Assembly (NCBI GenBank): GCA_034723395.1
Contig: JAYEOW010000004.1
Coordinates: 32,001 to 96,000, forward strand
DNA length: 64,000 nt
Direction of reading: 5' to 3'
DNA from: Candidatus Margulisiibacteriota bacterium
Lineage (GTDB): Bacteria > Margulisbacteria > WOR-1 > O2-12-FULL-45-9
Part shown: one piece after another, positions 19,187-29,223 of the stretch
Numbering within the stretch: the stretch's first letter is position 1
Layout: each line of letters starts with the position of its first letter
The notes under the pieces: model-generated
The model's input: the letters and a program-made list of their open reading frames with translations, nothing else
Databases searched by the model: none
What the model was told of the DNA's origin: nothing
Position numbers and translations under genes: made by a program

Positions 19187-20192
19187 TATATTCGGTGCGT
19201 CCTGAAAAAGTAAAAGCATAAGCTCTAATTGCACCTGTTTTTAATCTGATACTGATTATCCCATCCTCGGCCTTATTGCTTTTTATCAAATTATACATTG
19301 TTCCTTTTTCGACCGATAATTCTTTTAAGAATTTTCCACTATGTAAAACATCAACCACGGTATTGCCCACTAAAGGATTGAGCACCACATTTACTTCCGT
19401 GGCCCGGAACCTCAACATCAATTCGGCGCCCGTTTTATCTGTCTGCACATAATCCCGCATTGCCAAAAACGTCCCTTTAAGCGCAAGGCTGTCTTGCGGA
19501 ATCTGTTTTGGCGGCGTATAGTTTTTAACCTTATTGTATAAAAATCCGCCTTTATTACTTAAAAATCCTCTTTGATACCCGCAATATATCTCTGGAGTAA
19601 AGGGGAAACACATCCCGATATATTTTTTTTGTATCCCTAACTCGGGGAGCCTTAGTTTCCGATCCTTTTCCTTAAGCATCATTTGGATTGCTTTTTCTGT
19701 CTCCGTATACTTCCCTTCCCCAAAATGGGCATAAACTATCGCCCCATTTTTATCGGCCAGATATTTTGCCGGCCAGGAGTGGTTATTAAAATTTTCCCAA
19801 TTCTCGTAATACTCATCCAATACAACCGGCCATTCCACACCCAACTCCCTGATCGCACACTGTACATTCCCGGGATCCCTTTCAAAATCAAATTCCGGGG
19901 TATGTATACCAATGATCAGAAACCCTTTATCTTTATATTTTTTCCACCATTGCTTAAGATATGGGATAGTGCGGCGGCAGTTAACACAAGAATAGGTCCA
20001 GAAATCGTATAATACGATCTTCCCTTCAAGTTCTTTTAGGCTTAAAGGCTTTGAATTAAACCACACCTTGCTATCTACTGCAGGCGCTTTTGACATTCTC
20101 CCCACATCCAAGCCCGGCCTTTCCCCTGACGCAAAAGCAGATGAACAAATAACCAGACAAATAGTGAGAAGACAAAAAAACCTATTTAACAT
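19179..20192 (-). CDS. Exported redoxin (DipZ C-terminal-like thioredoxin)
   Basis: DFWTYSCVNC, IGIHTPEF, WPAKYL, AYAFTF; signal peptide. Confidence 0.88.
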   Translation of the reverse strand: MLNRFFCLLTICLVICSSAFASGERPGLDVGRMSKAPAVDSKVWFNSKPLSLKELEGKIVLYDFWTYSCVNCRRTIPYLKQWWKKYKDKGFLIIGIHTPEFDFERDPGNVQCAIRELGVEWPVVLDEYYENWENFNNHSWPAKYLADKNGAIVYAHFGEGKYTETEKAIQMMLKEKDRKLRLPELGIQKKYIGMCFPFTPEIYCGYQRGFLSNKGGFLYNKVKNYTPPKQIPQDSLALKGTFLAMRDYVQTDKTGAELMLRFRATEVNVVLNPLVGNTVVDVLHSGKFLKELSVEKGTMYNLIKSNKAEDGIISIRLKTGAIRAYAFTFSGRTEYIK

Positions 20193-20205
20193 TTCTGACG
20201 AATGC

Positions 20206-20805
20206 TTATATCTTATCTTTTATGACAATCTTATTGACAATGACCGGTTCCAGCGGGCGGTCCATCTGGTCCCGTTTAACCATGTTGATCTCATTAACCA
20301 CTTCAGACCCTTCGATCAATTGGCCGAAGATCGTGTGCTTGCCGTTGAGCCAAGGAGTGATTGCGGTAGTAACAAAAAATTGAGATCCATTGGTCCCCGG
20401 CCCCGCATTGGCCATCGCTAACCTGCCTACCTGGTCAAAATTGAGCCCGGGAACTATCTCGTCCTCAAATCTGTACCCCGGCCCCCCGGTCCCATTCCCT
20501 AACGGATCGCCCCCTTGGATCATAAAATTTGGAATGACCCGGTGAAAAACGGTCCCATCATATAACGGCTCCTGTTTTTTTTCTCCACTACGCGGGTCTG
20601 CCCACTCCTTGGTCCCTTTAGCCAATCCGACAAAATTCTCAACCGTTACCGGCGCGTCCTTTGGATAGAGGATACAAGTAAAGTTCCCCTTGTTTGTTTC
20701 AAAAACCGCGTAAAGCTTATCGGGCATTTTTGGCCTTCCTCCCATCGCTGATGCAATGTTAATAGTTAGGATGCAAATTATAAAGATGAATAAATATTTC
20801 TTCAT
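20206..20805 (-). CDS. Cyclophilin-type peptidyl-prolyl isomerase, exported
   Basis: FHRVIPNFMIQGGDP, AMANAGPGTNGSQFF, WLNGKHTIFG. Confidence 0.95.
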   Translation of the reverse strand: MKKYLFIFIICILTINIASAMGGRPKMPDKLYAVFETNKGNFTCILYPKDAPVTVENFVGLAKGTKEWADPRSGEKKQEPLYDGTVFHRVIPNFMIQGGDPLGNGTGGPGYRFEDEIVPGLNFDQVGRLAMANAGPGTNGSQFFVTTAITPWLNGKHTIFGQLIEGSEVVNEINMVKRDQMDRPLEPVIVNKIVIKDKI

Positions 20806-20869
20806 AACGGTTGCAATTATAACATAAAAGCCTTATGATGTAATATCTTTTTCAGGAAGGGAGAACTAA

Positions 20870-21034
20870 ATGATAGTTGAAAGATCAGAATTCAAGGGAC
20901 GCCCGATGCTGGTAATTAAAAACAGCGAGGATGATAAATACCCCTTCTCTTTTGGCCTCTCTAAAGCCAGAAAGATCGTGGAAAATATCGAAGAGATCAA
21001 AAAGTTCGTCGCAGAAAACCAAAAAGACGCTTAA
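20870..21034 (+). CDS. Small hypothetical protein (54 aa), absent from the ORF track
   Basis: SD AGGAAGGGAG; MIVERSEFKGRPMLVIKNSEDDKYPFSFGLSKARKIVENIEEIKKFVAENQKDA. Confidence 0.75.
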   Translation: MIVERSEFKGRPMLVIKNSEDDKYPFSFGLSKARKIVENIEEIKKFVAENQKDA

Positions 21035-21312
21035 TCCGACGCAACTGCCGCATCTTTTAGATCGGAAGACTTAACATAGGCCCATTTATCTAAATAAGGG
21101 ATATAGACAATTACATATCCCTGATAAATGAATATATGTCCGTTGTAAAACGGCTTTTTTAAGTCTTTCCCTTCTTCGCTTCCGGTCTTGTCCCTGTCCT
21201 CGTACATCGTTTTTGCTAATTCGTCAATTGCATCGGTAGTCAAAGGGGCGGCAAGAACAGGCATCGAAAGACATAGGATAAATAAACAAATTACTAATTT
21301 TTCCATGATCAT
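21031..21312 (-). CDS. Small secreted hypothetical protein (93 aa)
   Basis: SD GAGGAGG; signal peptide KLVICLFILCLSMPVLA; start 21312 or 21306. Confidence 0.7.
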   Translation of the reverse strand: MIMEKLVICLFILCLSMPVLAAPLTTDAIDELAKTMYEDRDKTGSEEGKDLKKPFYNGHIFIYQGYVIVYIPYLDKWAYVKSSDLKDAAVASD

Positions 21313-21325
21313 TTCCTCCTCACAT

Positions 21326-21353
21326 ATATCGCTGTTTTTTCCCGTAAATTTCA
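21326..21353 (-). promoter_or_regulatory. Sigma28-like promoter motif
   Basis: TGAAATT-N13-AGCGATAT, same arms and spacing as 51578-51605. Confidence 0.55.
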
Positions 21354-21418
21354 ATAAAGTATCATTTGACACTACCCCTGGAAAGAGTGTAATCTGGAAC
21401 GGAACTCGGAAGGTGTAA

Positions 21419-21946
21419 ATGGAAACAAAGATAATCCGTTCCCGCAGAAAGACCCTTTCTCTTGAAATCAAAGAAGATGCCACATTAATTATTCGCGCCC
21501 CACAGCATATCCCCCATCAGCATATTCTAAGGATCATTGAGAAGAAGCGTCCCTGGATAGAAAGAAAACGATCCCAAACCAGGAAAAGCATTCCACTGGC
21601 TAAAGAAGAGCTAAAATATTACCAGCAGAAAGCCGCGCAGCTTATCCCTCAAAGAGCAGAATATTACGCAGCCGCCCATAGATTAAAATATAAAAGGATT
21701 AGAATAAATGACGCTCAAAAAAGGCTCGGCTCATGCAGCTCCAAGGGAAATTTAAATTTCAGCTGGAGGATAATTCTAGCCCCCCTTCCTGTTATCGATT
21801 ACATAGTGTGCCACGAACTCGCTCACCTGATCGAAAAAAACCATTCACATAAATTTTGGGGTAAGGTCGAAGAACTGTACCCTAATTATAAAGCGTGCAA
21901 AAAGTGGCTCAAAGAGAATGGTTATGTTAAAATAAATATATCATGA
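21419..21946 (+). CDS. YgjP/DUF45 family metal-dependent hydrolase
   Basis: RSRRKTLSL, GSCSSKGNLNFSW, YIVCHELAH..NHS..FW. Confidence 0.9.
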   Translation: METKIIRSRRKTLSLEIKEDATLIIRAPQHIPHQHILRIIEKKRPWIERKRSQTRKSIPLAKEELKYYQQKAAQLIPQRAEYYAAAHRLKYKRIRINDAQKRLGSCSSKGNLNFSWRIILAPLPVIDYIVCHELAHLIEKNHSHKFWGKVEELYPNYKACKKWLKENGYVKINIS

Positions 21947-22380
21947 AGCTTTATTTAGGCCAACACGGAGAAGCAAACCCGGAAAATATCGATCCTGCCC
22001 GGGGGTTAACCGGTAAAGGGATAGCAGACACCAAAAAAGTAGCCGATTTTTCGAAAAACATCAAGGTTGATGAAATTTGGCATAGCACTAAACTTCGCGC
22101 TAAACAGACCGCTGAGATATTTGCAAAGGTTCTAGGCAAGAAAGCAATCGAACAGGAGGGACTAAGGCCCAACGATCCGGTCTCCCCCATTGTTAAAAAA
22201 ATTGATAGGGATTTAATGGTCGTCGGACACCTCCCCTTTATGGAAAAAATCTCTTCATTCCTTATTACCGGGTCCGAAGATAACCGACCGGTTATCTTTC
22301 GGCAGGCAGGCATCGTATGTCTGGAAAACACTAATTCAAAATGGGGGCTATCCTGGATGGTCACTCCGGAGGTGCTGTAA
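21943..22380 (+). CDS. sixA: Phosphohistidine phosphatase SixA
   Basis: QHGEA, HSTKLRAKQTAE, MVVGHLP. Confidence 0.85.
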   Translation: MKLYLGQHGEANPENIDPARGLTGKGIADTKKVADFSKNIKVDEIWHSTKLRAKQTAEIFAKVLGKKAIEQEGLRPNDPVSPIVKKIDRDLMVVGHLPFMEKISSFLITGSEDNRPVIFRQAGIVCLENTNSKWGLSWMVTPEVL

Positions 22381-22383
22381 ATT

Positions 22384-22908
22384 ATGGACATGTTAAAAAA
22401 GGCCTATTCAATAATGTTTTCCCCTGAAAAGTTGGTTAGTTATTCGGGTAAAGCCATGGGAATGCTCCTTTCTATTGTCGCAATTTACGCTATCTATAAA
22501 ATAATCGTTATCGCGATCGACAGAACCCTGAAAAATCGGCTGAATGATGACCGGATGAAAATGCTGGTATCATTAAGTAAAAGCGTCCTGCGCTACGCAG
22601 CCTTTGTTATCATTTTTATAACCATCCTGCAGCAGCTTGGAATAAACATCACCGCCCTTCTAGCCAGCGCTGGAATGCTGGGACTGGCAATAAGTTTTGG
22701 CTCTCAAAACCTGGTCCGGGATATTATCTCTGGAATATTCATTATTATTGAAAGGCGTTTTATAATCGGGGATAAAGTAAAGATCTCCGGAATCGAAGGG
22801 GAAGTGACCAGAATGACCCTGCGTATGACCGCGATTAAAGCCGAGGACGGGACCTCACATACTATTCCAAACGGAAGCATTGCTGTAGTGCAAAATTTCA
22901 GCCGATAA
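22384..22908 (+). CDS. Small mechanosensitive channel MscS family (short form)
   Basis: LLASAGMLGLAISFGSQNLVRDIISG, IGDKV..GEV..LRMT, IPNG. Confidence 0.9.
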   Translation: MDMLKKAYSIMFSPEKLVSYSGKAMGMLLSIVAIYAIYKIIVIAIDRTLKNRLNDDRMKMLVSLSKSVLRYAAFVIIFITILQQLGINITALLASAGMLGLAISFGSQNLVRDIISGIFIIIERRFIIGDKVKISGIEGEVTRMTLRMTAIKAEDGTSHTIPNGSIAVVQNFSR

Positions 22909-22934
22909 CAAGCCCCTCGCCGGACAACTCGAAC

Positions 22935-22976
22935 TTGACAATTATACTTTATATGTTAAACTATTTAACATATAAA
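22935..22976 (+). promoter_or_regulatory. marR promoter with overlapping operator palindrome
   Basis: TTGACA-N16-TAAACT overlapped by the perfect inverted repeat TTTATATGTTAAA-cta-TTTAACATATAAA (22948-22976). Confidence 0.8.
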
Positions 22977-22981
22977 TCATC

Positions 22982-23431
22982 ATGAATCAAAGAAATTCAA
23001 TCCCTTACTTAAAAAGATTCGAACAGATCATGCCTCTCTTTCATAAAAGCATGGCCCATATGAACGAATGCTGCGTGGAAGAGATGAACCTCACCCCTCA
23101 CCAATTTATCGTCCTAAAGATTATCGCCAATACCGATAATTGCATTATGTCGGACCTAAGCAACAATCTTGGCGTGACAATGGGGAACATGACCACAATG
23201 CTAGATCGCCTGATCAAAGAGGGATTCGCAGCCAGAAAGCAGGAACCGGATGATCGCCGCGTGGTTGGAGTTAGGCTGACTAACAAAGGAAAAGATATCG
23301 TCGCCAAAGCCACAAAAAAAAGACAGAACATACTGCTCAACATGTTGAAAAAATTATCAAATAAAGACATTGAGACCATGTTAAAATTAATTGAAAAGAT
23401 CGTCACCAATCAGGAGCCAGCAAATGAGTAA
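22982..23431 (+). CDS. MarR-family transcriptional regulator
   Basis: LTPHQF.VL, MSDLS..LGVT..NMTTMLDRL, DDRR..V.LT.KG. Confidence 0.93.
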   Translation: MNQRNSIPYLKRFEQIMPLFHKSMAHMNECCVEEMNLTPHQFIVLKIIANTDNCIMSDLSNNLGVTMGNMTTMLDRLIKEGFAARKQEPDDRRVVGVRLTNKGKDIVAKATKKRQNILLNMLKKLSNKDIETMLKLIEKIVTNQEPANE

Positions 23432-24884
23432 ATATATTACCATACTATTATGCTTATTGGTCATGCCAAGCGTCGCTTTTGGGGCTACCACTCTCACTCA
23501 AGATAAATTCATCAAACAGGCGATTAAAAACAATCCCAGTTATCAAATATCGGCCCAGGAATATATGATCGCTTTAGAACAAAATAAAAGCACCCGCTCT
23601 TTAGAAGATTGGAACCTGGTACTGTCCGGTTTATGGAATGAATCTTCCCCTCCCCCGCTAAGCTCTTTTTCCGCCCAATACCGAAAAACCGCCGGCTATA
23701 CGGTTGGCCTTGAAAAATATATCGCTGACACGGGCACCGCCATCCAGCTTGAACACTCAAATACCCGGTTCGATTCAAAATATCCGCCGGGCTCCAGTGC
23801 TTTTAATCCGCCATCTAAATACTATTTGTCTTCTATTTCGTTAACTATCGTCCAGCCATTACTGAAAAACGCCTGGGGGCTAGCGACTAAAAACGCGCTA
23901 AAAATGTCTGGCTATTCCCTCAAATTAGCCAAGATAAAGTTATCCGAAGATTGGGAAGATCTTATCAGCCTGCTCCGAAAGGAATATCTAACCTGGCAAA
24001 AATGCGTTAAAAATATAAGCTTAGTAAAGGGCCAGGTTAAAACCGTTAAAAACCAGCTGGCTTTAACAAAAAGGCAGTTAAAATACGGGCTTTCTGAAGA
24101 GCTGGATGTTGTCCAGCTGGAACAGAAACTCGAAGCCTATAGGATAATGTTAGAACAGGCGATCCTGGTTTGTGATACCCAAACCCAAAAGATATTCCAG
24201 CTTATGGGACAAAGGGGCGCAAACTCAGCGAATGCTTATCCTGATAAATTCATTCCAAATGGATCAATTATGGATGCAGCAACCGCTGGCTCATATTTAA
24301 GATCATCCTCGAATATAAAAAGGACCGCTGATATCCTGGTTGATCTTCAAACCACAAATCTTGAGACGAAAGAAAACGCTAAACAGATAGATGTCAATTT
24401 AGTGCTCTCTGCCAAACCGAACGCTTTTACCGAAGGGCTCAGTGACAGCCTCACCAAGATCGGCCAGTACAGCGAAAAGACGATCAGCGTTACCGCGAGC
24501 CGTCCCCTCGGCAACGACCAGGCCGAAGCGGAAGCGGAGAAAGCCAAGATCGAATATAATAAATCCATCAAACAGAGAGAGAATATCCTGCTTAATGCCA
24601 ATCTTGGGCTATCTTCTCTCTACACAAACTTAAAGCGCCTGAGCAATATGGTCAAACTCAACGAAAACAGCCTTAAACTGGCCAAAAAGCGGTCAATATT
24701 AGAAAAGAGAAAATTCAATCAGGGGCGCAGCTCGGTATTTTTTGTGCTGCAAGCAGATGATGACATGTTAAAAGCCGAAAATTCACTCAATGAAACTATT
24801 TTTTCCCGGGAAGAGATCATCAACCAGATCAAAACCCTAACCGATCGTTATTTAGTCGAATATAAGGACGTCTTAAAATTATGA
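23424..24884 (+). CDS. TolC-family outer membrane efflux protein
   Basis: Signal peptide; AIKNNP, two OEP-like halves (YGLSEELDV; FNQGRSS.F.V); start moved to MSKYIT (SD AGGAG). Confidence 0.85.
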   Translation: MSKYITILLCLLVMPSVAFGATTLTQDKFIKQAIKNNPSYQISAQEYMIALEQNKSTRSLEDWNLVLSGLWNESSPPPLSSFSAQYRKTAGYTVGLEKYIADTGTAIQLEHSNTRFDSKYPPGSSAFNPPSKYYLSSISLTIVQPLLKNAWGLATKNALKMSGYSLKLAKIKLSEDWEDLISLLRKEYLTWQKCVKNISLVKGQVKTVKNQLALTKRQLKYGLSEELDVVQLEQKLEAYRIMLEQAILVCDTQTQKIFQLMGQRGANSANAYPDKFIPNGSIMDAATAGSYLRSSSNIKRTADILVDLQTTNLETKENAKQIDVNLVLSAKPNAFTEGLSDSLTKIGQYSEKTISVTASRPLGNDQAEAEAEKAKIEYNKSIKQRENILLNANLGLSSLYTNLKRLSNMVKLNENSLKLAKKRSILEKRKFNQGRSSVFFVLQADDDMLKAENSLNETIFSREEIINQIKTLTDRYLVEYKDVLKL

Positions 24885-27800
24885 GAACGATCTTCAAATG
24901 GTTCGTTGATCACCCAAAACTGATTAACCTCTTCCTGGTCCTGGTCTTGATAATGGGCGGGCTCTCCTTTTTAAACCTAAAACGCAACAGCACGCCAAAT
25001 GTCGATTTTAAGATGATGTTTGTCACTACGATCTACCCGGGGGCGGCACCGGAAGATGTTGAAATCAACGTCACCATCCCCATCGAAGAACAGCTGCAGG
25101 AAGTTTCGGGGATAAAAGATATGGAATCTTTTTCCGGCGAGAATTACTCCCTGGTCTTTGTCGAGATCGACCCGGATGCCAAAGATATCGAAGAAGTAAA
25201 AAGTGATGTTAACAAGGCGGTTGACCGGGTTACCGGCCTGCCTTCCGAAATTTTAGACAAGCCTCTGGTAACCGAGCTAAAAACCGATATTTTCCCGGTC
25301 TTTGAGGTCGCGATCACCGGAAATCACACAATTTCTGAATTCGATCTAAGAAAATATGCTAAAACACTGGAAGATAAGATCCGGCATCTTCCCGGTGTTG
25401 GAGGAACCAGCAAGGTCGGTTACCGCAAAAGAGAGGTCCATATCGAAGTCGATCCGGTAAAAGCCTCCAGACATTACGTATCGCTTGCCGAAGTTATGGT
25501 CGCTATCCGCGCTTCTAACATCCGCTTAAGCGGCGGCAACATCCAATCTCTCACCACCAAGAAAAAGGTCATTACCCTTTCCCAATTCGACGATCCGCTT
25601 GAAGTCAAAGATGTCATCGTCCGCTCGGTATTTTCCGGCAAACGGATCATGGTTTCTGAGGTAGCTGAAGTAAAGGATAGTTTTGAAGAAGAGTCCATTT
25701 TGGTCAGCACCAATAGTGAACCGTGCATCAATATAACGATAAGTAAAAATGCCAATGCAGACGCGGTTAGGGTAGCAAAAAGGGTAAAGGTTTTACTGGA
25801 CGAGTTTAATAAAGAACTTCCTGAAGGTGTCCACGCGCAGATCGTAAAAGATTATTCGGTCTATGTTAACGCCATGCTGCGTGCGGTCATCTCTAATGCC
25901 CTGCTCGGATTCTTACTGGTCCTTTTGTGTTTAATGATCTTCCTCGACCACCGGATCGCCTTTTGGACGGCGCTCGGGATCCCTTTCTCTCTCCTGGTCG
26001 CTTTCTACTTCATGCCCTTTTATGATATCTCAATAACTAATATCTCTTTATTGGGATTTATTATTGTCCTCGGCATGCTGGTCGACGACGCGATCGTCGT
26101 GGCCGAGCATATATTTTCTTATCGGGAAAAAGGATTAGGTCCGATCGAGGCCTCGATCAAAGGGGTATCGGAAATATTCTGGCCGGTCCTGGCTACGGTA
26201 ACCACTACGATCGCCGCTTTCCTCCCGATCCTTTTAATGGGCGGTATCTGGGGCGACTTTATCCGGGCAATCCCGATTGTTATCACCATCGTACTTTTGG
26301 CTTCACTCTTTGAATCGGCCTTTATCCTTCCCTCCCACCTTGCCCACACCCAGTTAAAAAAGAAGGAGAAGCCAAAAATACTCCAATTCTTAGAAAAAGC
26401 ATACCACCGAAATCTCCTGCGAGTACTTAAGCGGAAGTACATGGTCATTGGCGCTTTCCTATTAATATTTTTCTTTTCGATCGGGATCCTCCTCCCCATT
26501 TTAGGATTCCAACTCATGCCCACATCCGATGCGGATGTTTTAATGATTAAACTGGAAACCCCTAAGGGGACTCCGTTACAAGAGACCGAAAAGCGGGTAA
26601 ACGCGGTCGAAAAAATACTGGTTGAAACTATTCCCAAGGATGTCCTCATAAGCTATGTTACCACTTTAGGTGAAAAAGGGACCGATATGTGGGACAGCGT
26701 TAGCGGGATCAGCCAGGACCACTGGGCCAGGATAAACATTAATCTCTCACCGGCGCAAGAGCGTAAAATATCCTCTTTCCAACTTAAAGATAAATTAGAA
26801 GATAGATTCAAAACCTGCAAAGAAAGGGACAAATTTGTTGATATCGGCGTGATTACTCGAGCAGGCGGACCGCCAACTGGAAGGCCCATCGATGTAAGTT
26901 TTATCGGGAACAACGATAAAATCCGCACCAAATTGGGCGATGAATTCTATAATTTTATCAGTAAAAATCCCGCGGTTTCAGATATTTTCCGTAATGATGA
27001 GAAGGGATTAAAAGAGCTAAATATTATTCTCAACCATAATTTAATGAGTGAGCTGGGAATAACCGCCGCAGAGGTGGCCGGCGTGGTCAGGGCAGCGATC
27101 AGCGGCAACGTGGTCACTTCGATCCGCCAAGAGGGAGAAGAGGTCGATTTCCGGGTGATGCTCGACGAAAAATACCGCAACGATCCCCAATTTATCCGGA
27201 ATTTGACTATTCCTAACCGGATGGGAAAACTGATCAGGCTAGGCAGCTTTATCAGCTTTAAAGAAAAATCATCACCGCTTGCTATCTCCCACCAGGAAGG
27301 CGACCGCGTGCTTAACATCACTGCAGAGCTGGATAGAAAAAAACAAGATGCCGGCGAATATAATAAAGCGATCATGGCCAAGTTCGAACCGATGGTCGCC
27401 CAATATCCTGACATGCGGATGACGATCGGCGGTGAGGAGGAGTATGCGCGGGAATCACTGAATAATTTCTTTAATGCAATGGTTTTAGCGCTAATCGTGA
27501 TCTACCTGATATTAGTAGTACTATTCAACTCGTTCACCGAACCGTTTATTGTACTAATGGCCATCCCTTTTGGTTTGGTTGGTGTTATTCTGGCCTTCCT
27601 TATTCACCGTGAACCGATGAGCTTCCTCGGCTTGATCGGCATCCTCGGGCTGGCAGGGGTAGTTGTAAACAATTCTCTGGTTATGCTCAAGTTCCTCAAC
27701 AAAAAAGAGGAAGAAGTTTGCGGCAAAGGTGAAAGGCTCACCCTCGAAACGATCGCGGACGCAGCAATGCTCCGGTTCAGGCCGATCGTTTTGACAACCA

Positions 27801-28036
27801 TAACTACCGTGGCCGGACTGTTGCCCTCACTTTACGGATTATTCGGAGGTCGCGTGGACTTTCTGTTCCCGCTCCTGCTCTCGCTCAGCTGGGGACTGGT
27901 CTTTTCAGCCTTTATCACCCTCTTTTTGATCCCTTCGTTCTATATCGTTGAACGAAATATCAACGTCTGGTTCTCAAAAAAATTCGGGAGAAGCTCAAAA
28001 GAAGATATCTGCCGCCTCGATATATCAAACTATTAA
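24881..28036 (+). CDS. RND efflux permease (AcrB/AcrD/AcrF family)
   Basis: YPGAAPEDVE, GMLVDDAIVVAE, GVVVNNS, RFRPIVLTT; 1051 aa. Confidence 0.95.
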   Translation: MRTIFKWFVDHPKLINLFLVLVLIMGGLSFLNLKRNSTPNVDFKMMFVTTIYPGAAPEDVEINVTIPIEEQLQEVSGIKDMESFSGENYSLVFVEIDPDAKDIEEVKSDVNKAVDRVTGLPSEILDKPLVTELKTDIFPVFEVAITGNHTISEFDLRKYAKTLEDKIRHLPGVGGTSKVGYRKREVHIEVDPVKASRHYVSLAEVMVAIRASNIRLSGGNIQSLTTKKKVITLSQFDDPLEVKDVIVRSVFSGKRIMVSEVAEVKDSFEEESILVSTNSEPCINITISKNANADAVRVAKRVKVLLDEFNKELPEGVHAQIVKDYSVYVNAMLRAVISNALLGFLLVLLCLMIFLDHRIAFWTALGIPFSLLVAFYFMPFYDISITNISLLGFIIVLGMLVDDAIVVAEHIFSYREKGLGPIEASIKGVSEIFWPVLATVTTTIAAFLPILLMGGIWGDFIRAIPIVITIVLLASLFESAFILPSHLAHTQLKKKEKPKILQFLEKAYHRNLLRVLKRKYMVIGAFLLIFFFSIGILLPILGFQLMPTSDADVLMIKLETPKGTPLQETEKRVNAVEKILVETIPKDVLISYVTTLGEKGTDMWDSVSGISQDHWARININLSPAQERKISSFQLKDKLEDRFKTCKERDKFVDIGVITRAGGPPTGRPIDVSFIGNNDKIRTKLGDEFYNFISKNPAVSDIFRNDEKGLKELNIILNHNLMSELGITAAEVAGVVRAAISGNVVTSIRQEGEEVDFRVMLDEKYRNDPQFIRNLTIPNRMGKLIRLGSFISFKEKSSPLAISHQEGDRVLNITAELDRKKQDAGEYNKAIMAKFEPMVAQYPDMRMTIGGEEEYARESLNNFFNAMVLALIVIYLILVVLFNSFTEPFIVLMAIPFGLVGVILAFLIHREPMSFLGLIGILGLAGVVVNNSLVMLKFLNKKEEEVCGKGERLTLETIADAAMLRFRPIVLTTITTVAGLLPSLYGLFGGRVDFLFPLLLSLSWGLVFSAFITLFLIPSFYIVERNINVWFSKKFGRSSKEDICRLDISNY

Positions 28037-28069
28037 TCCGCCACGGTTTTATGATATAATTCCGACGTT

Positions 28070-29119
28070 ATGCATTGGAAAGGTGTAATCGAAGAGTATC
28101 GAAAATATCTGCCGGTGGACGAAAATACACCGGTGGTAACCTTTCAAGAAGGTAATACCCCCCTCCTATTTGCCAATAAACTCTCAGAGCTCACCAAATG
28201 TAAGGTTTACCTTAAATATGAAGGAGCAAATCCGTCCGGATCGTTTAAAGACCGCGGCATGTGTATGGCGATCAGCAAGGCAAAGGAGAGAAATTGTAAA
28301 GCAGTTATCTGCGCTTCAACCGGCAACACCTCCGCTTCCGCCGCCGCCTACGCCGTCCGCGCCGGGATGGAATGCATCGTCATTATCCCCAAAGGAAAGA
28401 TCGCGCTGGGAAAACTATCACAGGCGATCATGCATGGAGCAAAGGTTTTTGAAGTCGACGGCAATTTCGACCAAGCCCTGGAACTGGTTAGAGAGATCGG
28501 CGAAAAATATCCGATCGAGATCGTCAACTCAATTAATCCCTATCGGATCGAAGGGCAAAAGACCGGAGCGTTTGAGATCTGCAACCAATTAGATGCCGTT
28601 CCCGATTATCACGCTATCCCCGTCGGTAATGCCGGAAACATTACCGCCTACTGGAAGGGTTATAAAGAATACTACGCGGACAAAAAGATCAGCGGCCTGC
28701 CGAAAATGGTCGGTTTTCAAGCCGAAGGAGCCGCCCCCATCGTGCTCGGCCATCCGGTAAAAAACCCGGAAACGATCGCCACCGCGATCAGGATCGGCAA
28801 TCCGGCCAGTTGGAAGACCGCTGTTGAAGCGGCGGAAGAATCCGGCGGATCGATCTCGATCGTAACCGACCAGGAAATCATTGATACCTATAAACTTATC
28901 GCTAAAAACGAAGGGGTATTTGTCGAACCCGCCTCTGCGGCATCGGTCGCCGGCACACTTAAACTAGTTAAAGCGAGGAAGATCCCTGATGGATCGACAA
29001 TTGTCTGTATCTTAACCGGTCACGGCCTAAAAGATCCCGATAATGCTATCCTACTTGGCGATAAACCGACCTTTATCCCCTGCAAAATGAAAGAGGTTAT
29101 CAAAAAGCTTGGTTACTAA
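28070..29119 (+). CDS. thrC: Threonine synthase
   Basis: [46 protein letters not shown]. Confidence 0.97.
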   Translation: MHWKGVIEEYRKYLPVDENTPVVTFQEGNTPLLFANKLSELTKCKVYLKYEGANPSGSFKDRGMCMAISKAKERNCKAVICASTGNTSASAAAYAVRAGMECIVIIPKGKIALGKLSQAIMHGAKVFEVDGNFDQALELVREIGEKYPIEIVNSINPYRIEGQKTGAFEICNQLDAVPDYHAIPVGNAGNITAYWKGYKEYYADKKISGLPKMVGFQAEGAAPIVLGHPVKNPETIATAIRIGNPASWKTAVEAAEESGGSISIVTDQEIIDTYKLIAKNEGVFVEPASAASVAGTLKLVKARKIPDGSTIVCILTGHGLKDPDNAILLGDKPTFIPCKMKEVIKKLGY

Positions 29120-29120
29120 A

Positions 29121-29222
29121 CCTCACCCCGTCACTCATTTCATTCGTGCCACCCCTCTCCATGGAATGGAGAGGGGAATGAATTTGCCGAAGCTTTTAGC
29201 TGAGGCAAAGAAAGGGGTGAGG
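29121..29222. repeat. REP-like multi-hairpin palindromic element
   Basis: Terminal IR CCTCACCCC/GGGGTGAGG; inner stems CCCCTCTCCA/TGGAGAGGGG and TTTGCC/GGCAAA. Confidence 0.75.
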
Positions 29223-29223
29223 A

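Noticed and set aside
29121..29222. tRNA-like cloverleaf
   Set aside because: No TTCRA T-loop, D-loop GG or CCA end; looks like a REP-type palindrome
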